Source of the DNA: Scyliorhinus canicula
Lineage: Eukaryota
Reading direction: 5' to 3'
Length of the DNA stretch: 64,000 bases
NCBI RefSeq assembly: GCF_902713615.1
Contig: NC_052159.1
Span: 33,841,709 to 33,905,708 of the forward strand
Both the position numbers and the translations under genes were made by a program. Below the pieces are notes generated by a model that was given only the letters and a program-made list of their open reading frames with translations, did no database searches and was not told the DNA's origin. This document shows, piece by piece, positions 1 to 12,907 of this stretch. Each line of letters starts with the position of its first letter. Position 1 is the first letter of the stretch.

Positions 1-190
1 GGGGGTCCTGATGTGGCCGGGGAGATGAGTGTGCAGAGCGAGGTTTTCCAGCTCGGTGGATGACACTCTGAGAGAAGGCGGGACACATAAGGGTGGAGAG
101 ACTTGGGGGATTTGAGGTTCCCGGGGTGGAAGCCCTTACTGATTGTCGGTCTCTCTCCTTCTCCAATACCTTATAAATACCTCAAAGGAT

Positions 191-1303
191 GGTAATGTCG
201 GTCCCACAGAGGATGCCCTCGTTGTGCTAGTGGCAGCCCAGGCAGCCAGATGCTGGAGAGGGAAGCATCATCAACGCAGGCCCATATGGAGGGGCAACCA
301 CACACCCTGAAGACCCGGCCACCCATCAGGCCGAGGAAGAACCCAGAGAGGAAGGCCAGTGATGGCCCAAGGTGTACAGTCGTTGTTGGTCTTTCGATGA
401 AATGATGGACAGCATGTGCTACAGGAGACTCCGTCTCAACAAAGAGACAGTGAGCACCTGTACCACATCCTCATGTGGCACCCCGTGGAGGAGGAGGACG
501 CCCACTTCTGGTGGCCATAAAGGTCACTGAAGCCCTAAACCTTTATGCAACCGGTTCATTCCAGGGCTCGAGCGGGGAATTGTGCGACATTTCCTAAGCT
601 ACAGCCCATATACACTGTATGCCCGGGCAGCTGACTATATCAACATTGAGCTGGATCAAACCCACCAAGATGCCCGATCTGCAGGGTTCTCCGCCATTGT
701 GGGATGCCCCAGGCCCAGAGGGTAATTGATAGCACGCATGTTGCCTTGCGGGCATCGGAGGGACTGCCCTTCAAAGCAGGAAGGGGTTCCATTCCCTGAA
801 TGTTCAGCTCATAGATACATAGATACATAGAATTTACAGTGCGGAAGGAGGCCATTCAGCCCATCGAGCCTGCACCGGCTCTTGGAAAGAGCATCCTACC
901 CAAGGTCAACACCTCCACCCCATCCCCACAACCCCACTCAACACTAAGGGCAATTTTGGACACTAAGGGCAATGTAGCATGGCCAATCCACCTAACCTCA
1001 CACCTTTGGACTTGTGTGACTACCACCTCCAATCAGGCAAGTGTATGCACACTTCCCAGGGAATGTGCATGACAGCTACATCCTGGGATACTCGGAGATC
1101 CGCAGCATCTTCAAGGCCCACCTCAGGATGATGAGTTGGCTCTTGGGGGATAAGGGGTACCCGCTGATGTCCTGGCTGATGATGCCAGTGCCGTGGCCAG
1201 AGAGCGATACGTGGGCACGATATAATGAGACCCATGTTGCCACCCGTGCTGCCTTTGATCGGTGCATTGGACTGCTCAAAATGCGGTTCCAATGCCTGGA
1301 CCA
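191..1303 (+). pseudogene. Harbinger (HARBI1-like, DDE_Tnp_4) transposase, N-terminal and catalytic part; stops and frameshifts; SINE at 811-1011
   Basis: Manual translation gives CYRRLRLNKETV, KVTEALNLYATGSFQ, VIDSTHVAL, RKGFHSLNVQL, FPGNVHDSY, LLGDKGYPL and YNETHVATR..GLLKMRFQCLDH. Start is approximate. Confidence 0.9.
811..1011 (-). mobile_element. 5'-truncated HE1-type V-SINE
   Basis: Reverse complement of the V-SINE 3' half with CR1-like tail (ATAGATAC repeats, GAAGGAGGCCATTCAGCCCATCGAG). It splits the transposase between NVQL and CD. Confidence 0.85.
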
Positions 1304-3787
1304 TGCTTTTTTTTTAATAAATATTTTATTGAGGTATTTTTTGGTATTATAACAACAACACAATAAACAATGTACATGAAACTATAAACATAGTCCAAAA
1401 GCCGTCTCCCTCCCTCACAGGTCCCACCTTTATTAACCCTCTACTCTAAGATAAACTAACCCCTCACCTACTTCTGCTAACGATTAATTTTCTGCGAAGA
1501 AGTCGACGAACGGTTGCCGCCTCCGGGTGAACCCTAACAGTGACCCTCTCAAGGCGAACTTGATTTTCTCCAGAGAATGCTAGCCATGGCCGATAACCAG
1601 GTCTCTGACTTCGGGGGCTTTGAGTCCCTCCAAGCTAATAGCATCCATCTCCGGGCTACCAGGGAAACAAAGGCCAGAACGTCTGCCTCTTTCTCGTCCT
1701 GGATTCCCGGGTCTTCCGACACTCCAAACATTGCCACCTCTGGACTCAGCGCCACCCTTGTTTTTAACACCGTGGTCATGACACCTGCAAACCCCTGCCA
1801 GAATCCCCTAAGCTTCGGACATGCCCAGAACATATGGACATGGTTCGCTGGTCCTCATGCACATTTGTACACCTGTCTTCCACCCCAAAGAATCTGCTCA
1901 TCCGGGCCACTGTCATGTGAGCCCGATGAACGACCTTAAATTGTATCAGGCTGAGCCTGGCACATGTTGCGGACGCGTTGACTCTACTCAACGCGTCCAC
2001 CCATAGACCATTCTCTATCTCTCCTCCCAGCTCCTCGACCCACTTGCGCTTCAGCTCCTCGGTCTGCGTCTCCTCTGACCCCATAAGTTCCTTGTAAATG
2101 TCAGAGACGCTCCCTTCTCCTACCCACCCTCTGGAAACTACCCTGTCCTAAATCCCCCTTAGCGGTAGGAGCGGGAAGGTTGACACCTGTTTACGTAGGA
2201 AGTCCCGCACCTGCAGATACCTGAATTTGTTTCCCCTCGCCAACCCAAACTTCTCCTCCAGCGCCCTCGTACACGGAAAGCTCCCTTCTATAAACATATC
2301 CCCCATCCTCTCAATCCCTGCTCTCTGCCATATCCGGAATCCCCCCATCCATACTTCCCGGGGCAAACCGGTGATTATTACAGATTGGGGACCAAACCGA
2401 TGCTCCATCTGCTCCCACATGTCTCCTCCATTGCCCCCAGACTCTCCGGGCCGCCGCCACCACAGGGCTGGTGGAGTACCGTGCCGGCGGGAATGGCAGA
2501 GGCGCAGTTACCAACGCCCCAAACTGGTGCCCTAGCATGAAGCCGCCTCCATACGCTCCCATGCCGACCCCTCCCCCACCATCCCGATCATGGCTATATT
2601 CGCTGTCCAATAATAGTTACTCAAATTTGGCAGCATCAGCATCTCCCCGACTCCGCTCAAGCATTACCTTCCTTACCCGCGGGGTCTTGCCCGCCCAAAC
2701 AAAGCCAGAGATCACTTTGTTGACCTGTTTAAAAAAGGACCGCGGAATGAAGATGGGGAGACATTAAAACACGAACAGGAATCTCGGGAGGACCGTCATC
2801 TTCACCGTCTGCACCCTCACAGCTAATGACAACGGGAGCACGATCCATCTCAGAAAATGGTCCTTCATTTGGTCTACTAGTCAGGCCAGATTTAATTTAT
2901 GCAGCCGGTCCCATTCCCGCACCACTTGAATGCCTAGGTACCTAAAGCTTCCCTCTACTAATCTAAACGGCAGCTCCCCAATCAACTGTCCTGTCCCCTC
3001 GCCAGGACCGCAAACATCTCACTTTTCCCCATATTTAGCTTATACCCTGAAAACCGGCCAAATTCCCTGAGAATCCTCATGATTTCTTCCATCCTGTCTA
3101 ATGGTTCCGATACATACAGAAGCAGGTCATCTGCATAGAGCGTGACTCTGTGCTCCACCCCACCCCCCGGACCAGCCCCTTGAGGCTCTCAGAGCAATTG
3201 CCAACACCTCTATAACTAGCGCGAACAACAGTGGGGAGAGGGGGCACCCCTGTCTCGTCCTCCGGTGCAGTCTAAAATAGTCCAATGTTGTCCTATTCGT
3301 CCGTACACTTGCCACAGGAGCCTGATACAGCACCTTGACCCAGTCAATAATGCCCCACCCGAATCCGAACAATCCCAATACCTCCCACAGATAATCTCAT
3401 TCTACCCGATCGAAAGCCTTTTCTTCATCCATTGCGACCACTACCTCCACCTCCCTACCTTCCGGAGGTATCATGATCACATTTAACAACCTTCTTACAT
3501 TGGACACCAACTGCCTACCCTTAACAAACCCCGTCTGGTCCACCCCAGTAACGTCCGGAACACAATGCTCTATCCTGGAGGACAAAGTCTCGGCCAGCAG
3601 TTTGGCGTCCACATTCAACAGGGATATCGGCATGCAGGACCCACACAACTCCAGGTTCTTGTCCCGCTTCAGAATCAGCGAAATCGTGGCCTGTGGCATC
3701 GTCGGAGGCAGCACCCCTCTGTCCCTTGCCTCATTGAACATCCTCATTAACACCGGCCCCAATATCCCAGAGAACGTTTAATAAAAC

Positions 3788-4140
3788 GGGGCAGCACGGT
3801 AGCATGGTGGTTAGCATAAATGCTTCACAGCTCCAGGGTCCCAGGTTCGATTCGCGGCTGGGTCACTGTCTGTGTGGAGTCTGCACGTCCTCCCCGTGTG
3901 TGCGTGGGTTTCCTCCGGGTGCTCCGGTTTCCTCCCACAGTCCAAAGATGTGCGGGTTAGGTGGATTGGCCATGCTAAATTGCCCGTAGTGTCCTAAAAA
4001 GTAAGGTTAAGGCGGGGGGGGGTTGTTGGGTTACGGGTATAGGGTGGATATGTGGGTTTGAGTAGGGCGATCATTGCTCGGCACAACATCGAGGGCCGAA
4101 GGGCCTGTTCTGTGCTGTACTGTTCTATGTTCTATGTTCT
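3788..4140 (+). mobile_element. Full-length HE1-type V-SINE with CR1-like tail
   Basis: tRNA-like head (GGTTCGATTC B-box), V-core GGGTTTCCTCCGGGTGCTCCGGTTTCCTCCCACAGTCCAAAGA, (TTCTATG)n tail, and TAAAAC on both sides (3782-3787, 4140-4145). Confidence 0.95.
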
Positions 4141-5390
4141 AAAACTCCAGTGGACCCGTCTGGCCCCGGGGCTTTACCCGCCTGCTTGGCCTTCAGACCC
4201 TCCACTATCTCTTCCAGCCCGATTGGGCCCCCAGCCCTTCTACCCGCTCCCCGTCCACCTTTAGGAAATTCAGCCTCTCCAAGAAGTGCCTCATCCCCAC
4301 CGGCCCCGAAGGCGGTTCCGACCCGTACAGCCTACTGTAGAAATCCCTAAACGCCTTATTCACCCCTGCTGAATCTCCAACCAGGATCGCATCTCCGTCA
4401 TTTTACTTTCCCTAGCTCCCTGGTCGCCTCCCTCTTTCTAAGCTGCTGTGCAAGCATTCTGCTGGCCTTCTCTCCATACTCATAGATCATCCCCCTTGCC
4501 TTTCTCAGCTGCTCCACCGCCCTCCCTGTGGTTAACAAGCCGAACTCCGCCTGTAGCCTCCGCCGTTCCCTTATAAGCCCTGCCTCTGGGGTCTCCGCAT
4601 ACCTACTATCGATCTGTAGTATCTCCTCAACCAGTCAGAGCGCCTCTGCCCTGTCTACCTTCTCCCTATGGGCCTGTTTTGAGATCAGCTCCCCTCTGAC
4701 CGCCGCCTTCAGTGCTTCCCAGACCATCGCTGCTGAAATGTCCCCTGTGTCGTTGACCTGCAGGTGTTTCTGAATACATTTCCTCAGCCGCTCACACCCC
4801 CTTCGTCAGCCAAAAGCCCCACATCTAACCTCCAGTGCGGGTGCTGATTACTATGTTTACTAACCTGCAGGTCAACCCAGTGCGGAGCTTGGTCTGAGAT
4901 TGTGATCGCCGAATACCCCGTGTCCACCACCCCTGCCAGTAAGGCCCTGCTGAAAATGAAGAAATTGATCTAGGAGTACACTTTATGCTCATGTGAGTAG
5001 AAGTAGAATCTCTTCACCCTCGGCTGCCCAAATCTCCATGGATCCACCCCCTCCATCTGCTCCATGAACCCTTTTAGTTCCTTTGCCATTGCTGGCACCC
5101 TGCCCGTTTTCGAGCTTGACCGGTCTAAACCAGGGTCAATAACTGTATTGAAGTCCCTTCCCATGACCAGCTTATGTGAATCCAGGTCCGGTATCTTCCC
5201 CAGCATCCTCTTTATAAACTCCACATCATCCCAATTTGGCACATACATATTTACTAATACCACTTGCACCCCCTCCAGTTTTCCACTGACCATAATGTAC
5301 CGACCTCCCACATCCAAAACTATCTACCCGCCTCAAACACTACCCGCTTATTGATCAGGTTCGCGACCCCTCTCATCTTTGAATCCAGTC

Positions 5391-5618
5391 AGGGCAGCAC
5401 GGTGGCCTAGTGGTTAGCACAACCGCTTCACGGCGCTGAGGTCCCAGGTTCGATCCCGGCTCTGGGTCACTGTCCGTGTGGAGTTTGCACATTCTCCCCG
5501 TGTCTGCGTGGGTTTCGCCCCCACAACCCAAAAATGTGCAGAGTAGGTGGATTGGCGACGCTAAATTGCCCCTTAATTGGAAAAAATAATTGGGTAATCT
5601 AAATTTAAAAAAAAAAAA
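5391..5618 (+). mobile_element. Short V-SINE variant ending in poly(A)
   Basis: tRNA-like head plus shortened V-core, A-tail, and a 14-bp TSD CTTTGAATCCAGTC (5377-5390, 5619-5632). Confidence 0.93.
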
Positions 5619-6398
5619 CTTTGAATCCAGTCCCGAGTGAAAGACCTGACTAAACCAGCCTTTCCGTAATCTAATTTGGTCAGTTACTCTAAGGTGCGTC
5701 TCCTGCAACATTACCACGTCCGCCTTCAGTCCCCTAAGATGCGCGAACACACGTGCCCTCTTGACCTGCCCATTTAACCCTCGTACATTCCAGGTGATCA
5801 GCCTAGTTGGGGGGGGCTCATTGCCTCCCACCCTTCACCGATCAGCCGTCCTGTTTTTTGGACCCACCTCCAGCCCATGCTCTGCACCTCCACCGGCCCA
5901 CCCCCAGGCAGCCTCTGCCGCCAACCTCCTCTGTGTCCCTTGGCCCAAGTCCCTCCCTTGTCAGCAGAACATTTTCCCCACCCTTTGCCCCCAAGTAACG
6001 ACACTCTGTAACCCAACCCCTTTGATAAACCAAACATATGCACACCCCCCACTGCGCTTCCATGAGTTAGCCCGCCTTGGTGACCCCCAGCCCTGTCGCC
6101 GGATAGTCTCCCACCTATTGTTCCCTCCACCCCCCCCCCCCAACGCTCATACAAACAAACTCCAACATCAAACAACCCCCACACAATTGCCCGACAGAAA
6201 AACACCAAAATCTAAACAAGCACATCTCCATCCCCCAACAGTGCAAATGAAAACCTTAACTCACTCAGCTCTGCCATTGGTCCCAAATCAATACAGAAGG
6301 CGTTACAAACAGCTTCCACAAAGCAAAAAAGGGAAACTTTTTTTTTAAAGAACAGAGAAATTTTAAAAAATGAACGTTGCAGCAAAGTTCAAAAGTTC

Positions 6399-7250
6399 TC
6401 AGTCCACCTCCAGTCCTTTCTTTTTCACGACGTCCAGCGCGTCCTCAGGCGACTCAAAATAAAAGTGCTGTTCCTCGTGCGTGACCCAGAGAAGGGCCAG
6501 ATACAACAGTCCGAACTTCACCTTTTTCTAAAAAAGGATCGACCTAATCTGGTTGAAGCCTGCTCTTCTCCTGGCCACCTCCACACTCAGGCCTTGGTAA
6601 AACCCTCAGGATACTGTTGTCCTACTTACAGCTCCGTGTCTGCTTGACCCACTGTAGAAAGTGCTCCTTGTCCAAGGACCTCTGGAATCTCACCACCATT
6701 GCCCCCGTGGGGGGTTCTAACATTCGCAGCTTCCTCGCGAGTGCTCTATGAGACACGTCCACCTCCAAGGTTCGGGAGAATGCCTTATCCCCCAGCAGCT
6801 TCCCAAACATGTCTGCGATGTGTGCCCCAGCGTCCGCTCTGTCGGACCCCTCTGGGAACCCAACGATTCTCAAGTTCAGCCGGCGGGACCTATTCTCTAG
6901 GTCCTCCAACTTCTTCAGGAGATTCTTCTGCTGGTCTCTCAGCATCCCCACCTCCAACTCCACATTTGATGTTCCTCCTGCTCAGCCAACGCCTTCTCCA
7001 CCTTCTGGATCGCCCAATCTTAGGCGTCCAATCTAAGCTCCAGCTGCTCAACCGACTCTTTTATCGGGTCCAAGCAGTCCCGTTTCTGCTTAGCAAAGCC
7101 TTCCTGAATAACTTGCATCAGCTGCTTCGTTGACCGCTGGGTCGATAAACCAGAGGCCTGGTCCTCCGCCATGCTGTCTCCCACTGCAACTTCAGCCAAG
7201 CCTTCTCTGTCTTTCAGTTTCTGTCTTTACAAGCACCTCTAGTCCTTCTC
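6399..7250 (-). pseudogene. L1 ORF1p (coiled coil + RRM), disrupted
   Basis: LEDLENRSRRLNLRIVGFPEG and downstream HRAL/VVRF motifs. Boundaries are approximate. Confidence 0.88.
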
Positions 7251-7399
7251 TCCAGGCACCGATGTGGGAATTCAGTACACAATTGTCAGTTTTACAGTTC
7301 AAGTCCAGTAGAAAATTGGGGGAAAAGGTCCAAAAGTCTGACCCGAGCGGGAGCCACCAAATGTGCGGTTTACTCCTTCATTGCCGCCACCGGAAGTCC

Positions 7400-7670
7400 A
7401 TGCCTGGACCACTCTGGTAGTGCACTGCAGTACACACCCCAGATGGTCGCCCATTTTGTGGTGGTCTGTTGTTCCCTCTACAACCTGGCACTGCAACGGG
7501 TGACCTGTTGAAAGAGGAGGAACATGCAGCCTTGTCTGAGGAGGAGGTGCCAGAACAGGAGGGTTTGGCAGCCGAGTCCTAGGAGGACCCGCAGGAGGAG
7601 ACGGAAGGTAAAGGACTGGCGGTGGCAAGGGTCCGGCATGCCCAAAGGACCAGGGAGGCCCAGAGTGTGC
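7400..7670 (+). pseudogene. C-terminal remainder of the Harbinger transposase
   Basis: Resumes after the L1 TSD with CLDHSGSALQYTPQMVAHFVVVCCSLYNLALQR, followed by an acidic tail. Confidence 0.88.
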
Positions 7671-8039
7671 GTAACAACACCCCAGGGTGATGGGCCTGTG
7701 TTGGCACTGTCAACGGGGCAATAAGACAGGAGAGTGATGGTCACTCGCTGTGAGGAAAGCTCTGGTCCTCCTCAGTTTCTACTACAGTCTGACTCCTGAC
7801 TTTCTGCTGACAACGTGCTCATACCCATCTTCTGAATGGGGTTTGATCTTGGACCACTTTGCCTGGGGGGCGGGGTGTGAGGGGCACGGAGGGCAACACG
7901 AGTGGGGGTGCAGGCAGGCCCACTGTGAAGATTAACGTGACAGAGACTTCACAAGTATCAGGTGTAAAATGTTTTAATAATGAATGTTGAATATTTCCAT
8001 TCCCCTATCTACAGATTGTGAACCCCTCCCCCATGCCCA

Positions 8040-8993
8040 CTCACTGATCATCAATCTTCTTGATCTTACTGGTCTACTGCTAGGTGAACCCAGAATGCAC
8101 ATCAGAGATGGAGACAGACTGCTGCTTTTCACCCTCTGTGGCCTTTTGAAGTCCTCAGGTGGCCGTCCTCTGGAGGGTTGGAGCAGGAGTGCCTCGGCCG
8201 ACTTACCAATGTCACTGGCATCGCCGTGCCACCCTGGCCCAGCCCCATCAGATGGTGATCCCGTGAGAGAGTGGACATGTGGTCAGTGAGAGGGAAGGAT
8301 CATTTTTTCTGACATGAAGAACACACTTGAGACAGGTCAGCAGCGGCACAGGCCAACCTCGCTGTCAGTGGCTGCTCTCTTCTCAGCTAAACCACGGTCT
8401 CCAGGGCCCGTTCCTCATAGGGGATGCGGACTCGATTCTCTGGTAATCCGCCCCACGTCTTGGCCCTTTCCCGCTAATTATGGACTATCTTCTCCTGCGT
8501 GGACAAAGAGAGGGCTTTGTGAGCTTGTTGGATCAGGGGGGGTCTATGGCTGGTGGCATGTGTGGGAACCGCATCTGGACATGAAGGGGCTGTGCTGGTG
8601 GGTGCCAAGGGGCTCTGAGGAGCAAGTACGAAGAACAGATGTGGGGAGAGTACAAGATGTCAGCCAGTGATTTGTCGGGGGGGGGGGGGGGGGGGGTTAA
8701 GGTTGGTAATTTAAGAGGTGGCAGGCAGAACTGATGACAGGAGAGAGGTTGTAACTTATCCTTACAGCTTGGTGAAGGTCGTTGGTCTTCTTTCGACATT
8801 GGACGTCGGTCCTCCTGGTCATCTTGCCCGCACTGTCAGCTGCTGCCACTGCCTCCCAGGCAGTATTGATGACCTTGCTGCTGGTCCTCTGACACCCTCG
8901 GGAGAACAGGGTGACCCATCTCGCATCGTCAGCATCGAGAAATCTGGCCAGGCCGACATCCCCAAATTGAGGAGCAGGTCTGCGGATTGCCAT
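8040..8993 (-). pseudogene. Harbinger Myb/SANT-like DNA-binding protein gene (spliced, decayed)
   Basis: Exon 1 reads MAIRRPAPQF..AWEAVAAA..RRTDVQCRKKTNDL. Exon 2 follows a CAG near 8495 and reads EKIVHN*RERAKTWGG..EERAL. An upstream TTTAAA box lies near 9030. Confidence 0.85.
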
Positions 8994-9373
8994 GCTTGTG
9001 TGTTGACTAGAGTGAGTGGTGAGGGAGCATTTAAAAGCAGCTCCCCCTTGTTAGCAGCGTGACACTGAGGTGCGGGTCGGGCAAATCAGATGCGAGACAG
9101 CCAGTAATGGCGAGAGGCTAGTGGAAACTCATTTCCGGCACTAAATGCTGTTAAATATGGGCCGCAATCTCGTCAACGAGGCTGTTGAAACGCACTCCGC
9201 CAATCATGCCCAAAATGACACTTAGAAATGTTCCCGTTAAATCGCGCCCTTTATTTGTAAGTTTTTAAGAGCTTACACGCTAACAATTCTTCTCACTGAT
9301 CAACAGTTGTAGTGAACCTCTGCAAATGTTCCTAGTAGTATCTTGAACAGTTAAGGTTCTAGATCTGAGAAAT

Positions 9374-10890
9374 CATAGAAAATTTACAACACAGATGGAG
9401 ACCTTTTGGCCCATTGTGTTCATGCTGGTTGATGGAGAGCTGCCCAGCCTAATCTCACCTTCCAGCGGTAGATCAGACAGCGAGTGCAAAATTCCTACCA
9501 CCATCTGAGTGAAAAAATGTTTCCCCATGTCCTCTCTAATCCTTTCACCAATTACTTTAAATCTATGACTCCTGTGTTTTGATCTCTGCGAAGGTAAGTC
9601 ACCCTAATTAATCTACCTAGGCCCCTGATAATTTTATACACCTCAATTGAATGACCCCTCAGCCTCTTCTGTTCCAAGTTACACAACCTCAGCCTATCCA
9701 ATATGTCCCCAGACCTAAAAGTTTCCACTCTTTGATCCAAAGGGCTTTACGTTTTTGACCAGCCTGCCATTGGCCATGTGGTCAAAAGCCTTCCTAAAAT
9801 TCATGCAAATCACATACACCACGCTACCCTCATCAACCCTCCATGTTACCTCCACAAAAATCAATCAAGTTCGTCAGATGAGACCTTCTCTTAACAAAGT
9901 TATCCCCTTCAATGGGCACGGTCTAATGGCCGTGCTGTGCCCAACTGGGGTTGCTATGCAACCGGCAAATCTCGTGGGAGGCCACCCGCCAGATTTACCC
10001 GCTCGCTACTCCTCGCGAGATCTAACAGGATCTCGGGAGGCATCGTGAACTGGATATTCCAGATTTGGATATTCAAGTGTGCAGTCAGGCTCACTTGAAT
10101 ATACACTTGCCGGAGTTGACAAGGCGCTGGATCTAACCCCCGTGCCTCGGAGGCCCCGAGCGAGCGCTGTTTAGCACTGGTCTCCATGTGTACCGGCACT
10201 TGGGGGGTCTCCCAGGTGATTGGGGGCTCCTCGGTGGTCAGGCTCTTGGAAGGGTGGTACCCTGGTACCCCTGATGCCACCAGTGCACCATGGCACTACC
10301 AGTTGGCACACTGGCACTGCCAGCATGGTAGGGACACTGCCAGTGACCAGGTAGCATTTTGCCCTTGCCAGGGATCGAGCCTTGGGGTGTCTTTCCCTTA
10401 TTAGGTGGGGTGCAGGGAGCTTGATGACCCCTTTATTCGGTGAGTTGGGGCATTGGGAGGGTCTGGAGGCGGCGATGGGGGGGTCCTAGAGATCGGGGCG
10501 CTATGTAAAAATGGTGCCCCGATCTCTCCCTGTACTGGCGAACGGAGCTCATTAGTGAAGCAAATGGGAACTAAGTGTCGTCTCGGAGCGGTGTTCCTCG
10601 CCAAGGCACCCAAACACAGCAGATTCCTATTTAATAACGGGGTCTTTCTTGGCACTGCCAGCACCGGAAACTCCCGACTAAACGTGCTCGACACAGGACT
10701 CTGTGAAATTATGCCCGACATTTCACATTCTTCCTCCTCAACTTTACCAATCATTGACACCTTTTGTGAAGACACCGGCACTGTATTCTTTAACAACCTT
10801 ACCCAGACCCTTCACCTCCAGACAGGGTTTACCTTTTTGGTCCCTAATAGGCCGAGCTCTTTCCTTAGTGATCCTTTTTATTCTTGAGTG
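9374..10890 (-). mobile_element. CR1 LINE fragments (RT and 3' end), split by a MITE
   Basis: LEQKRLRGHSIEVYKII, FVKRRSHLTNLIDF and NFRKAFD, plus a CR1-type 3' UTR. Confidence 0.8.
9913..10717. mobile_element. Non-autonomous Harbinger-type MITE
   Basis: Imperfect TIRs GGGCACGGTCTAA / GAAATTATGCCC. Internal TGGCAC/TGCCA-rich repeats are shared in inverted orientation with 20985-22001. Confidence 0.7.
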
Positions 10891-11414
10891 TTAAGTGGCA
10901 ACATTTAAAACGTTAATGATCTCCAGTACATGACTGTTGTGGTACTAAGGTTTTGTGCTGTAATAAGGTTTTTTGCAGTAATAAGGTTTTGTGTTGCTTC
11001 TATTCTTAGAGCTGACCTCTGCTGCCTGCCCTTTCCTACCGAATATAATCAAATGGAGAAAGAGGCATCTTCAGTTCTATGTGAGGTACTGATCTTGAAT
11101 CTTACTGCAAGTCAAACATTCTGAAACTTTGTTCCTACGTGAGAAAGTAATGACATTGCAACTTCAACTTTATTGAATTGTTGTGAATATGAAACAAGAG
11201 AGAATTCTGGTTCCATGCCTCAGTGCATGATTGTCACAAATTAGGCCACTTTGCAACTTGACCTGGTGCCAACCCCTGCTGGCTGGTACACAGAGGAGCA
11301 CTGCCCTCAATGACCACACATGTGAATTAGAGGCTGACAATCGCACTGCCCAGAAAATGATAGAGGAGAGAGTCATAGGATTAAAAATAGCTACATTTGG
11401 AAAAACTTAACTAA

Positions 11415-11785
11415 TGTGGTGCTACTGTCATAATCAACACAAACTGCATATGCAAAGACGTGGGGGAGGTCCAGAGTGATGCTCTGGGAACCCAGGTTCA
11501 GATCCCGTCTCTGCAAATGTTGAAGTTTGAATTCAATAAAAATCTGGAATTGAAAGTCGAGTGATGACCATGAAACCATTGTCGATTGTCGTAAAAACCT
11601 ATCTGGTTCACTCATGTCCTTTAGGGAAGGAAATCTGCCGTCCTTACCCAGTTTGGTCGACATGTGACTCCAGATCCACAGCAACGTGGTTGATTCTTAA
11701 CTGCCCCCTCAAAGGCAATTAGAGATGGGCAATAAATGCTGGCCCAGCCTGCGATGCCCACATCCCATGAATGAATCAAAAAAAG
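11415..11785 (+). mobile_element. tRNA-derived SINE with Meta-SINE-like core
   Basis: Core CTGGTTCACTCATGTCCTTTAGGGAAGGAAATCTGCCGTCCTTACC and tail ..CCCACATCCCATGAATGAATCAAAAAA. Pieces recur near 20186-20318, 38970-39130, 39610-39790 and 58340-58421. The superfamily name is from memory. Confidence 0.7.
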
Positions 11786-12907
11786 GCCCTCCTCTTAGTA
11801 CATGATAATGGATCTGTAAGAATCAATTTACCATAAAACAGAATGCGTATTTTGGAGCAGGATATTTGTGCTGTGATTATGTATTCTACAGCTTTGGTAC
11901 AGCACTTCATTGCAATGGTGCAAATTCCAACTCATTTAAAACAAATTGTCCTCAGCATTACGGTGACACTGACAAGTTCACATTTATGGCCCATCTCTAG
12001 TTGCAGTGGTCCTTCTCCTTGAACCTCTGCAGTTCTTGTGGCGATTGTATTCTCACAATCCAATTGCACTTTTAAGATTCATTCTAGATTTTTGCGTGCG
12101 TATTTGGACTCCGATTTGTTATACCTCTCAACTTAAGGAAACCAAATATCATAATGCCCCACGGAATGAATTTTCAATCTTAGCTATCTCATTGCAGGAA
12201 GACCTCAGGGAAGTAGGAAGATCTGGATGGAAAGTCACCTTGGGATTGCCCCCATGCTACAACTTCAAAAGGTAAAAGCCCAGATAAAAGGCCAATGTTC
12301 AACATTCCAGAATCAGCAAGCTTAAAAACAACATCTAAAAAAGGGTGAAATAAAGTGAGAAGCAAAAATTACATTTTGAAAGCGTGTGTATTAGAATCGT
12401 TGCGAGAAACCTGTTAGTAAGTGACCTGTCCTTTTGCCTTCGCATACTGCATGTAGTAACGTGGTCTAATAAGGAAATTAATTCATTCTATTGCAGAATA
12501 AGTATCAAAAGCTGCATCAATAAATGTATGACTTTTTGTGGGCTAGTTGTATTCAATACTGAATAGTGTTTGTGACATCTCAGGCAGTGGACCACTGGGC
12601 TCCCTGTAATAGATTTTGGAGCTAGAGATGGTCCTTGTGTTTTTCTGCTTTAACTTTAGCAGGAAGGGCTGGAGTCTAGGCTGGGGCCAGGACCCAGAAA
12701 CAACAGATACTGATCTTGCATAGAAGTTCCCATTTGGTGTTGTTGAGGGGTGGGGGTGGGGGGGAATGGGGTGAGGGAGGCCGGGAGTGGGGGGGGGGGG
12801 GGGGGGGGGGGGGCAGCCACTGACCACTCCAAAAAAGAGCTAAGAAGTGAGGGTGGGACTGCCTCGGACTGAGGTTCTTGCATCTCCAACCGTTAGGGAG
12901 ACCCCAG

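Larger units (their letters stand above)
1470..5831 (-). pseudogene. L1 ORF2 (APE endonuclease + reverse transcriptase + C-terminal Cys-rich region), disrupted
   Basis: LITWNVRGLN, VVMLQETHL, GRDFN, KAPGPDG, PISLLNVDAK, DQTGFVKGR, KAFDRVE, RQGCPLSPLLF and MFWACPK. Two SINE insertions plus frameshifts. 3' end is approximate. Confidence 0.93.
1304..7399 (-). mobile_element. Full-length L1 LINE (inactive)
   Basis: 5' end GGACTTCCGGTGGCGG at 7399, ORF1 and ORF2 remnants, poly(A) at 1307-1315, and a 12-bp TSD ATGCCTGGACCA at 1292-1303 and 7400-7411. Confidence 0.95.
1..9249 (+). mobile_element. Decayed autonomous-type PIF/Harbinger DNA transposon; left end lies outside the window; interrupted by an L1 and a SINE
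   Basis: Convergent transposase (+) and Myb/SANT (-) remnants. Right terminus ...GTTAAATCGCGCCC at 9249 matches the GGGCG-type termini of other Harbinger MITEs in the window. Confidence 0.85.

Noticed and set aside
3804-3989. Recurrent 61-aa ORF MVVSINASQLQ... (also 32661, 35260)
   Set aside because: Chance reading frame through V-SINE copies.
191-8993. Domesticated host genes HARBI1, NAIF1 or MSANTD
   Set aside because: Stops, frameshifts, nested insertions, a TIR and the convergent two-gene layout indicate a dead transposon.
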